A DNA stretch of 64,000 bases from NCBI GenBank assembly GCA_964455095.1, contig CAYVUV010000191.1:3939-67938 (forward strand), read 5' to 3'. A program made the translations under genes and the position numbers. This DNA is from an uncultured Candidatus Binatia bacterium (GTDB lineage Bacteria > Desulfobacterota > Binatia > HRBIN30 > CADEER01). Below are positions 23,274 to 32,053 of the stretch, piece after piece; position 1 is the stretch's first letter; the number at the start of each line of letters is the position of its first letter. Below the pieces are notes generated by a model, which was given only the letters and a program-made list of their open reading frames with translations, had not been told where the DNA came from and searched no databases.

Positions 23274-24338
23274 ATGCACCCGAGCCCCGCGCGCGAGCAC
23301 AGCGCCAGCAGTGCCGGCGTCTCCTGGCCGGAGGGGGTGGCGGACTCGGTCCTGCAAGGCAAGGAGATCGATCAGGCCACGGCACTGCGCATTCTCGAGG
23401 CGCCCGACGAAGAGGTCCCGGCGCTGCTGCGCGCGACGTTCCGCGTCCGCGCCCATCACCACGGGCGCCGCGTCAAGCTCTGCCTGCTGCGCAACGCGCG
23501 CAGCGGCTTGTGCCCGGAGGATTGCCACTACTGCTCGCAATCGGCCGTCTCGGAAGCCGCCATCCCGCGCTACCGCCTCGATGCAGTCGAGGAGCTGATC
23601 GCCGGCTCGCGCCGCGCCGTCGCGGCCGGGGCACGGCGCTTCTGCATGGTGACCAGCGGCCGCGGGCCGAGCGCGAACGACATCGCGCGCTTCGCGGACG
23701 CAGCCCAGCACATCAAGGCCGAGTTTCCCCATTTGGAGCTCTGCGTGTCGCTCGGCTTGATGGAGGAAGAACAAGCGCGCTCGTTGAAGCGCGCCGGCAT
23801 CGGCTGGGTCAACCACAACCTCAACACCAGCGAGCGCTTTCACGCCGAGATCTGTTCGACGCACACCTATGCCGACCGCGTGCGCACGGTCGAGAACGCG
23901 CGCAGCGCCGGGTTGTCGACCTGCTGCGGGGGCATTATCGGCATGGGCGAGCGCGATGAGGACGTCGTTGAGCTGGCCTTCGCATTGCGTGCGCTGCGGG
24001 TCGACTCGCTGCCGGTCAATTTCCTCATCCCGATCGAGGGGACCCCGTTCGAAAGTCACCGCGAGCTGACGCCCATGCGCTGCTTGAAGGCGCTCTGCCT
24101 CTTCCGGCTGACCAACCCCGCCGCCGAGATCCGCGTCGCCGGCGGCCGCGAGCTCAACCTCGGCTGGTTTCAGCCCCTGGCCCTGTTGGCGGCCAATTCG
24201 ATCTTCGTCGACGGCTACCTGACGACGCCCGGGCAAGCCTCCACCGACGCGCATGCGATGGTCGAGGCGATGGGATTCGACGTCGAGCCCGACGGCGCGC
24301 AGCCTCAGGCGAGTATCTCGCCCGCCGCCTCGGCGTAG
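23274..24338 (+). CDS. bioB: Biotin synthase (radical SAM)
   Basis: Shows the CPEDCHYCSQS radical-SAM triad, plus FCMVTSGRG and NHNLNTS motifs. The start is at the ATG at 23274. Confidence 0.92.
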   Translation: MHPSPAREHSASSAGVSWPEGVADSVLQGKEIDQATALRILEAPDEEVPALLRATFRVRAHHHGRRVKLCLLRNARSGLCPEDCHYCSQSAVSEAAIPRYRLDAVEELIAGSRRAVAAGARRFCMVTSGRGPSANDIARFADAAQHIKAEFPHLELCVSLGLMEEEQARSLKRAGIGWVNHNLNTSERFHAEICSTHTYADRVRTVENARSAGLSTCCGGIIGMGERDEDVVELAFALRALRVDSLPVNFLIPIEGTPFESHRELTPMRCLKALCLFRLTNPAAEIRVAGGRELNLGWFQPLALLAANSIFVDGYLTTPGQASTDAHAMVEAMGFDVEPDGAQPQASISPAASA

Positions 24339-24841
24339 ACGGCTAGATCGCCGGCGCTGAACAGAACGAAACGCACCAGCTCGATCTGCGGCTGCGCGCG
24401 CAGGTACTCCGCCACGGTGCCCAGCGCGATGCGCGCCGCCGCCGCGATCGGATAACCGTAGGCGCCGGTGCTGATTGACGGGAAGGCGACCGACTCCAAC
24501 CCGTGCTCAGCGGCGACCTCGAGGCTGCGCCGATAGGCGCTGGCGAGCAGCGCCGGCTCGCCGTGGCGCCCGTCGCGGTACACCGGCCCGACCGTGTGAA
24601 TGACGTGCCTGGCCGGCAATAGCCCGCCCGTCGTGATCTTGGCATCCCCGGTCGCGCAGCCGCCCAGGGCGCGGCATTCGGCGAGAATCGCGGGCCCGCC
24701 GGCCCGGTGAATGGCGCCGTCGACGCCACCGCCGCCGAGCAGCGTGGTGTTGGCGGCATTGACGATCGCCGCCGTTCTCTCGGCCGTGAGGTCACCGCGG
24801 ACGAGCTCGACCCGGCTCGTCCCGACCGCAAAAGTGCGCAT
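24305..24841 (-). CDS. Macro-domain protein (O-acetyl-ADP-ribose deacetylase, YmdB-like)
   Basis: Shows AIVNAANTTLLGGGGVDGAIHRAGGP...VIHTVGP...SVAFPSISTGAYGYP. The 3' end overlaps the convergent bioB 3' end by 34 nt. Confidence 0.9.
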   Translation of the reverse strand: MRTFAVGTSRVELVRGDLTAERTAAIVNAANTTLLGGGGVDGAIHRAGGPAILAECRALGGCATGDAKITTGGLLPARHVIHTVGPVYRDGRHGEPALLASAYRRSLEVAAEHGLESVAFPSISTGAYGYPIAAAARIALGTVAEYLRAQPQIELVRFVLFSAGDLAVYAEAAGEILA

Positions 24842-25123
24842 TGTCACCGCTGTCCCATGATGTACCGCCGCATGGCCGACTGGCGAAGGTGCCAGCATCG
24901 GTGGCGCAAATGCGAGCGAAAAGAAGTTGCGTGAGCCCTGCCGCCAGTTCATTATCAACACAGGTCCGCCGAGGTCACAAGGCGCCGTCTTTGCAGTAGC
25001 GCTGCCGGCCGTGGATCGAGCAATCTGTTTGACAAATTTCAGCCCTCGCGAGAAAGTCTTGGCACACCGTTACCCCGCTGGAGCGCCGCAGTCCGGAGAC
25101 GCACCGGCCAGTTCACCGTGGTC

Positions 25124-27472
25124 ATGGAGCAACGCATGAGTCGACCCAGAAGCGCCCTTTTTTCGCTCGCCGTCCTGCTGTGCACCGTACAGGGAGCGAC
25201 GGCGGCCATCAGTTTCAGCAGCGCCGATCCGTTCACGGTCGCGGCGCGGCCGGAATACATGGCCACCGGCGACATCAACCGCGATCGGCGCGATGACATC
25301 GTGGTCGTCAGCCCGCAGAGCAACGAGGTGAACTTGCTCCTCGGGTCGCCCACCTCGCCGCAGCGCTTCAACCCCGGCACCACGCTGCGCTTCGGCAAAA
25401 CACTCAGTCAGCCGGCCATCGGTGACCTCAACGCCGACAACAACCCCGACGTGGTGGTGCCCGACGAGGGCGCCAAAGGCGTTTGGATCCTGCTCGGACG
25501 CGGCGACGGGACGTTCCTGCCACCGTTCATCGTCAACGTCGGTCGCAACCCCTTCGCGGTGGCAATCGCCAATTTCGACGGTATCAACAACAACGATCTC
25601 GCCATCGCCGACCGCCGTCAGGACCGCGTCTTCGTCCGGCTAAACGACGGTGAGAATCCGCCGCGCTTCTCGGTGGGGCCGGAGCTGACCGTGGGCGACA
25701 GCCCGGAGGCGATTGCGGCGGTCGACGTAAACAAAGACGAGAAAGCCGACATCATCACGCTGAACGTCGGTGGGCCGCGCGTGAAGGACGTCAGCGTCCT
25801 GCTCTTTCAGCGGGTTGCGGCCGGTTTCCCGGCGTTCGACCCCGAGCGTCGCTTCCTGGTCGGTGAGAACCCCGAGGCTTTCAACGTCAAGGACCTGAAC
25901 AGAGACACCGTGCCGGATCTGGTGATGCTCAATCGGCCCACCGGGACCGGCAACAGCAACGTCGACGTGTTGCTCGCCGACGGGACCGGACAGTTCCGCG
26001 CCCAGCCGGGGCTCGAAGTGCCGTGCCCGTTCTTCACCGGCGGGCTGTTCTGTCGCGCCCGCGCCCTCACCGTCGGCGATTTCGACGGCAACGGCAACGC
26101 CGACCTTGCGATCGCCATCACCGACCCGCGCCGGTTCTCGCAGACCGACGCCATGCAGGTCTTCGCCGGTCGCGGCGAGGGCGGCTTCGTGGCCGGATCC
26201 GTGTTCTCCATCGGCAAGTCGCCGACCACCGTTCTCGCCCCCGACCTCACTGGCGATGGCCCCCCCGACCTGGCCGTCGCCACCAAGCGCGTCCTGGCCG
26301 TGCAGGCGTTCCTCAATGTCTCGACGCCGGGCGACAAGGCCAACGGGGCCGAGTGCGTGCTCGGCGACGAATGCCTGGCGGGGCGCTGCACCAACGGTCG
26401 CTGCTGCGCCACGCAGTGCTTCGATACCGAGCGCTGCGACGTGCCGGGCAGCGAGGGCGTGTGTCTTCCCGTCGTCAACCCGGTGGATTGCGAAGAGGAC
26501 ATCGATTGCGTCAGCCTCTGCCGCAACGACCCCACCCGTGAGTGCACGCGCAATGGCGACTGCGCCAGCGGCGACCGCTGCGACTTGAAGACCTGCAAAG
26601 ACAACTTCTGCTGTGACTTCGACTGCACCATCACGCAGCGCTGCGACGTGCCGGACTTCGAAGGCATTTGCATCGACCGCGGTGAAGACGGCGTCGATTG
26701 CTTCGAAGACGCCGACTGTCAATCCGGTTTCTGCCGCGACGACTTCTGCTGCAATCAGGACTGCCAGAACGGCGCCTGCAACGTCGCCGGCGTCGAAGGA
26801 CAGTGCCAACCGCGGCTGCCGCTCGGCGACCCGTGCCAGGAGGATGACGAGTGCGGCTCGCGCGTCTGCGATCAGTTCGACGGCATTTGCTGCGAGGCGC
26901 GCTGCGATCCGGTCGACGAGTTCTGTGACGCCGACGGTATCTGCACGGGCTTCGAGACCCCGACGCCGACCGTGAACCCCAATGTCACGCAATCGCCGAA
27001 TGCCACCGGAAACCCGGTGGGAACTCCCACGCCCATTCCCACCCGCCGTCCGGGGGGGTCGAGCTGTGGCACGCCGCAGGAGTGCCAGACCAATGCGTGC
27101 GTGAACAACGTCTGCTGCTTCCTGCTGGAATGCGCGAATGACGAGCACTGCGAGCTCGGCAGCGGCAACTGCGTCGAGGGTACGGCACCGCCGACACTGA
27201 CGCCGACGCCGACGCCGATTCGGACATCGACGCGGTTGCCGAGCTCGACCCCGGTCGGTGGGCCGTGCGGCGACCGCTGTTCGCCGGATAACTGCGTTGA
27301 CGGGGTGTGTGTGTTCTCCAGCCGCAGCGGCGGCTGCTCCACCGGCGGCGACGCCCACGGCGGCGGCAACCTGGCGGTGGTAGCGCTCCTACCCGTGATG
27401 CTCTGGGTGGGCCGGCGCTGGCACTCGATGTTCCGCCTCGCGCGCGCGCGGGTGCGCGCCGGGCGGCAGTAA
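25124..27472 (+). CDS. Secreted FG-GAP/VCBS-repeat protein with five 8-Cys modules, Pro/Thr linkers and a MYXO-CTERM-like tail
   Basis: Signal peptide (ALFSLAVLLCTVQGATAA). Repeated GDxNxDxxxDxxV FG-GAP/VCBS units. From 26354 there are modules with spacing C-x5-C-x4-C-x4-CC-x3-C-x5-C-x9-C. The C-terminus reads GGCSTGG...NLAVVALLPVMLWVGRRW. The start is ambiguous (25118, 25124 or 25136). Confidence 0.85.
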   Translation: MEQRMSRPRSALFSLAVLLCTVQGATAAISFSSADPFTVAARPEYMATGDINRDRRDDIVVVSPQSNEVNLLLGSPTSPQRFNPGTTLRFGKTLSQPAIGDLNADNNPDVVVPDEGAKGVWILLGRGDGTFLPPFIVNVGRNPFAVAIANFDGINNNDLAIADRRQDRVFVRLNDGENPPRFSVGPELTVGDSPEAIAAVDVNKDEKADIITLNVGGPRVKDVSVLLFQRVAAGFPAFDPERRFLVGENPEAFNVKDLNRDTVPDLVMLNRPTGTGNSNVDVLLADGTGQFRAQPGLEVPCPFFTGGLFCRARALTVGDFDGNGNADLAIAITDPRRFSQTDAMQVFAGRGEGGFVAGSVFSIGKSPTTVLAPDLTGDGPPDLAVATKRVLAVQAFLNVSTPGDKANGAECVLGDECLAGRCTNGRCCATQCFDTERCDVPGSEGVCLPVVNPVDCEEDIDCVSLCRNDPTRECTRNGDCASGDRCDLKTCKDNFCCDFDCTITQRCDVPDFEGICIDRGEDGVDCFEDADCQSGFCRDDFCCNQDCQNGACNVAGVEGQCQPRLPLGDPCQEDDECGSRVCDQFDGICCEARCDPVDEFCDADGICTGFETPTPTVNPNVTQSPNATGNPVGTPTPIPTRRPGGSSCGTPQECQTNACVNNVCCFLLECANDEHCELGSGNCVEGTAPPTLTPTPTPIRTSTRLPSSTPVGGPCGDRCSPDNCVDGVCVFSSRSGGCSTGGDAHGGGNLAVVALLPVMLWVGRRWHSMFRLARARVRAGRQ

Positions 27473-29329
27473 CGCAGCGAGGGCAGCTGCCCACTCGGGC
27501 AGCTGCCCCGCGACCGCCGCGGCGCTGGTGACGGGGAAGACGTAGCCATCGCGCTCACCGCGGTCGCGCAACCAGGCGGCGAGAATCACCGTCGCATCGA
27601 CTTCCTCCGGCGCCAGGCGCGGCGCCTTCGGGTCGGCGATCTGAACGGCGAGTCGGGTGGCGATCGGCTCGAGCTCGTCGGCCTGTCGTACCTGGTAGCG
27701 TTCCGCCAAGCGGCCGTGCGCGGCGACATAGACGTGAACCGCCGTCTGCGCCCGCGCCGGCTGCATGACGACGAAGTGCTGCCGGTCGATCACCCAACCG
27801 AGTGTGCGGCCCATGCGCCGCAGCCGCTCGATCAGCTCGAGGTCGCGTTGCGCGCGGGCGGCGGCTTCGAAACGCAGCGCGGCAGCATGTGCCTCGCGGC
27901 GTTGCTCGACAGTGGCGCGGGCGGCGTCCATCTCCCCGTCGAAGAGCGACAGCGCCGCCCCCACTTGCTCGCGATAGGCAGCCTCGACCACCGCGCTGCA
28001 ACACGGCATCGAACAGGCGCCTACCTGCCCCTGAACGCACGGGCTGAAGTCCGGATGCGGCTGCAAGCGGCCCGCGCAGGTGCGCAGATGGAACAGGCGC
28101 GACAACAGGTCGGCGACTTCCTGCGCCGCCGCCCGGCTGCGAAACGGGCCGATGTGTCGCGCGCGGCCGCCGGAGACGCGCGCGGTGATGGCCAGGCGCG
28201 GGAAGGGGTCGGCCAGCGACAACTTGAGGAAGGCGATGCGCGGCAGGTGTTTTCGCAAGCGGTTGTAGGGCGGTTGCCAGCGGCGAATCTGTTCGGCTTC
28301 GAGCAGGGCCGCCTCGAGCTCCGACCCGGTTTCCTCGACCGCGACGTCGCGGATGTGGCGAATGAGGTCGAGGGTCTTCGGGCGATGGCCGGCAGCGTTG
28401 CTGAGATAGGACGACACGCGCTGGCGCAGGTTCTTGGACTTGCCGATGTAGAGCAGGCGCCCATCCTCACCGCTGAAGCGGTAGATTCCGGGTGCGGCGG
28501 GCAGTTGTTGTACACGCGCGGCGGGCAGCGCGCATTCGAAGCGCCGGCCGTCGCTGGCGCCGTATTGGAAATCCAGCACGTGGGCGAGACGCGTCACGCC
28601 GCGCGCGGCGAGCAGCTCGAGAAAGTGCACGAGGATCTCGGCCGTCATCAGCGCATCGCCCAAAGCGCGATGGCGGTCGATCAGCGGGATGCCGAAATGC
28701 CCTGCCACGGAGTCGAGCCCGCGGCGGCGCAACGTCGGTAGGAGCCGTCGCGCCAGACGCAAGGTGCAGAGATGGGGCTGGTGCAGCGTGCGGCCGTCCA
28801 GCGCCTGCAGCGCCGCGTTCAGGAACGACAGATCGAAACGGGCGTTGTGCGCCACCAACACCGCGTCGCCGGCAAAGGCGAGGAAGCGCCCCATGACCTG
28901 TTCGATCGGCGGCTGGTCGGCGAGCATGTCGTCGCTGATGCCGGTGAGCTGGGTGATGAACGGAGGCAACCGGCGGCCCGGATTGACGAGCTGTGCGAAG
29001 CGCGCGCCGATGCGGCCACCGTCGACGCGCACCGCGCCGATCTCGATGATGCCCGTGCCACCCGCCGGCTGACCACCGGCGGTCTCGAGATCGACCACGA
29101 CGAAGGACGCCTCCGACAATGGGCGCGCCAGCGCCGCGTGCGCCGTCGCAATCCAGCGCCCGCTTTCGGCGCTCCACGCAAAGCGCGCATCGTCGGCGAG
29201 GAGCGTGCGCACGAAACGGGGGCCGAACTCCGCATCGGCGCCCGGCTGCGTGAAGACGAGGTCCAGCAACTCGCGCGGACTGGCGCCCGCCGGCCGATCG
29301 AGCAGATAGAGATGGAGCTTCTCGCGCAC
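27389..29329 (-). CDS. DEDDh 3'-5' exonuclease (DnaQ-like) fused to a GIY-YIG (UvrC/Cho-like) nuclease domain
   Basis: Exo motifs are FVVVDLETAG, VAHNARFDLSFL and HRALGDAL. These are followed by the GIY-YIG region PGIYRFSGEDGRLLYIGKSKNLRQRVSSY...EAALLEAEQIRRWQPPYN and a UvrC-like C-terminal half. Confidence 0.85.
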   Translation of the reverse strand: MREKLHLYLLDRPAGASPRELLDLVFTQPGADAEFGPRFVRTLLADDARFAWSAESGRWIATAHAALARPLSEASFVVVDLETAGGQPAGGTGIIEIGAVRVDGGRIGARFAQLVNPGRRLPPFITQLTGISDDMLADQPPIEQVMGRFLAFAGDAVLVAHNARFDLSFLNAALQALDGRTLHQPHLCTLRLARRLLPTLRRRGLDSVAGHFGIPLIDRHRALGDALMTAEILVHFLELLAARGVTRLAHVLDFQYGASDGRRFECALPAARVQQLPAAPGIYRFSGEDGRLLYIGKSKNLRQRVSSYLSNAAGHRPKTLDLIRHIRDVAVEETGSELEAALLEAEQIRRWQPPYNRLRKHLPRIAFLKLSLADPFPRLAITARVSGGRARHIGPFRSRAAAQEVADLLSRLFHLRTCAGRLQPHPDFSPCVQGQVGACSMPCCSAVVEAAYREQVGAALSLFDGEMDAARATVEQRREAHAAALRFEAAARAQRDLELIERLRRMGRTLGWVIDRQHFVVMQPARAQTAVHVYVAAHGRLAERYQVRQADELEPIATRLAVQIADPKAPRLAPEEVDATVILAAWLRDRGERDGYVFPVTSAAAVAGQLPEWAAALAALLPPGAHPRAREAEHRVPAPAHPEHHG

Positions 29330-29393
29330 GACCCGCTGCCACTACCACGCGGGGGGGCGGCGGCGAAAGTCGCGCGAAAACGCGCGCCGACGG

Positions 29394-30495
29394 TCAGGCG
29401 TTGGTCTGCTGCAGATACGTTTCGATGAAGCGATCGAGATCGCCGTCGAGCACCGCATCGGCGTTGCCCGTCTCCTCCCCGGTGCGGTGGTCTTTCACCA
29501 TCCGGTACGGGTGCAGCACGTACGAGCGGATCTGGCTGCCCCAGGCGATCTCCTTCTTGGTCTTGTGCAGCGCGTCCATGCGCTCGCGCTGCTTTTCGAG
29601 CTCGAGCTCGTACAGTTTGGCGCGTAGGATCTTCATCGCCGTGGCGCGGTTCTTATGCTGCGAGCGCTCGTTCTGGCAGGCCACCACGATGCCGGTCGGC
29701 AAGTGGGTCAGGCGCACCGCGGAGTCGGTCTTGTTGACGTGCTGACCGCCGGCGCCGCTCGAGCGGTAGGTGTCGACGCGCAGGTCCGCTTCGTCGACCT
29801 CGACCTCGACGCTGTCGTCGATCTCGGGAAAGACGAAGACCGAGGCGAACGAGGTGTGGCGGCGCGCATTGGAGTCGAACGGCGAAATGCGCACCAGCCG
29901 GTGCACGCCGGCTTCGCACTTCAGGTAGCCGTAGGCGTAGGGCCCTTCGACAGTGAACGTCGCGCTCTTGATCCCGGCTCCCTCGCCGGGCTGCACGTCG
30001 ACCAGCTCGGTGCGGTAGCCGCGCCGCTCGCACCAGCGCAGGTACTGGCGCAGCAGCATCTCGGCCCAGTCCTGCGATTCGGTGCCGCCGGCACCTGAGT
30101 GCAGCGTGACGATGCCGTTGCCGGCGTCGTGCTCGCCGCCGAGCATGCGTTGCAAATCGAGGTGATGCAGCGCCCCCTCGATCTCCTCGAGCTTCTTGGC
30201 CGCTTCGGCCGCCGCGTCGGTATCCTCCACCGCCAGCTCGAGGTAGAGCTTGGCCTCGTCGAGCTCGGCGAGCTGCTTGCGCCAGGCGGCGAGCGGCGCG
30301 CTCAGCGTCGAGCGCTCGCGCAACACCTCTTGCGCTTTCTGGCTGTCCTTCCAGAAATCGGGGTCGGCCGAGACGAGATCCAGCTCTTCGAGCCGCGTTT
30401 CGCGCTGTGGGGCGTCAAAGATACCTCCCGAACGCCGCCAGGCGCTCCTCGACGGCAGCGGCGCGTTCTTTCAGCTCGTTCAGTTCGACATCCAT
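29394..30495 (-). CDS. prfB: Peptide chain release factor 2, requiring a programmed +1 frameshift
   Basis: Frame 0 from the ATG at 30495 reads MDVELNELKERAAAVEERLAAFGRYL then TGA. The +1 frame continues DAPQRETRLEELDLVSADPDFWKDSQKAQEVLRERSTLS... into the 310-aa ORF, which carries SPF and the GGQ motif (RSSGAGGQHVNKTDSA). Confidence 0.95.
30414..30429 (-). promoter_or_regulatory. prfB: prfB +1 frameshift site: internal SD-like GGGAGG, UAU spacer, CUU UGA C
   Basis: The minus strand reads GGGAGG TAT CTT TGA C (30429 down to 30414). This is the same architecture and spacing as the classical E. coli site AGGGGG UAU CUU UGA C. Confidence 0.9.
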
Positions 30496-30554
30496 GGCGA
30501 GTCAGCTCCTGGGAGGGATTTGGACCGGGCAAGCGCCAGCCGCGCCGCCATCAT

Positions 30555-31037
30555 TCACGTGCGGCGCGGCGAAGGCAAGCGAGCCCCGGCCGCTGCGCGG
30601 TCGAGGTCCGCGAGCCGGCGCAGCAGCCGCCGCTGCGCGGCGAACATGCGCCGCGCCTCCGCCGGCGAGCGCTCGTGATCGTAGCCGAGCAGGTGCAGCA
30701 AGCCGTGGGCGAGCAGCGTCCGCACCTCGTCCGCCACCGCCGCCGCGCGCTGAGCCGCCTGACGCGCGGCCGTGTCGAGCGAGATCACCACGTCGCCGAG
30801 CAGCTCGGGATGCAGGGCGATGTTCTCGCCCTCGTGCTGCGCGAACGCCAACACGTCGGTGGGGCGGTCGGTGCCGCGATAGGTCGCGTTGAGCCCGCGC
30901 ATCTCCGCGTCGTCGACCAGCGCGACGCTGAGCTCCGCGTCGACGGAGAGCGCCGCCAGCATCCGGGTGGCGTCGCGGCGCACCTGCGCGGCGCGCACGC
31001 CGGGCCAGCGCCGCCGTGTGCTGACCGAGACCGGCAC
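30555..31037 (-). CDS. ybeY: Endoribonuclease YbeY (rRNA maturation)
   Basis: Shows the HGLLHLLGYDHE zinc motif and TDVLAF. I placed the start at the GTG at 31037, just after the phoH stop; the alternative ATG at 31073 would overlap phoH. Confidence 0.88.
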   Translation of the reverse strand: MPVSVSTRRRWPGVRAAQVRRDATRMLAALSVDAELSVALVDDAEMRGLNATYRGTDRPTDVLAFAQHEGENIALHPELLGDVVISLDTAARQAAQRAAAVADEVRTLLAHGLLHLLGYDHERSPAEARRMFAAQRRLLRRLADLDRAAAGARLPSPRRT

Positions 31038-31044
31038 GGCGGGC

Positions 31045-32043
<999 letters not shown>

Positions 32044-32053
32044 CGTCGGCGAC

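Noticed and set aside
25029-25080. TTGACA and a TGGCAC-N5-TACC element upstream of the FG-GAP gene, considered as a sigma-54 promoter
   Set aside because: The -12 element lacks the conserved TTGC, and no enhancer-binding protein gene is nearby. This is too weak to call.
29340-29393. GCGCGCG-TTTT-CGCGCG hairpin after the prfB stop, considered as a terminator
   Set aside because: The stem is short and made of an alternating CG repeat, which is common by chance in this composition. It has only a weak T-tract, so I did not list it as a feature.
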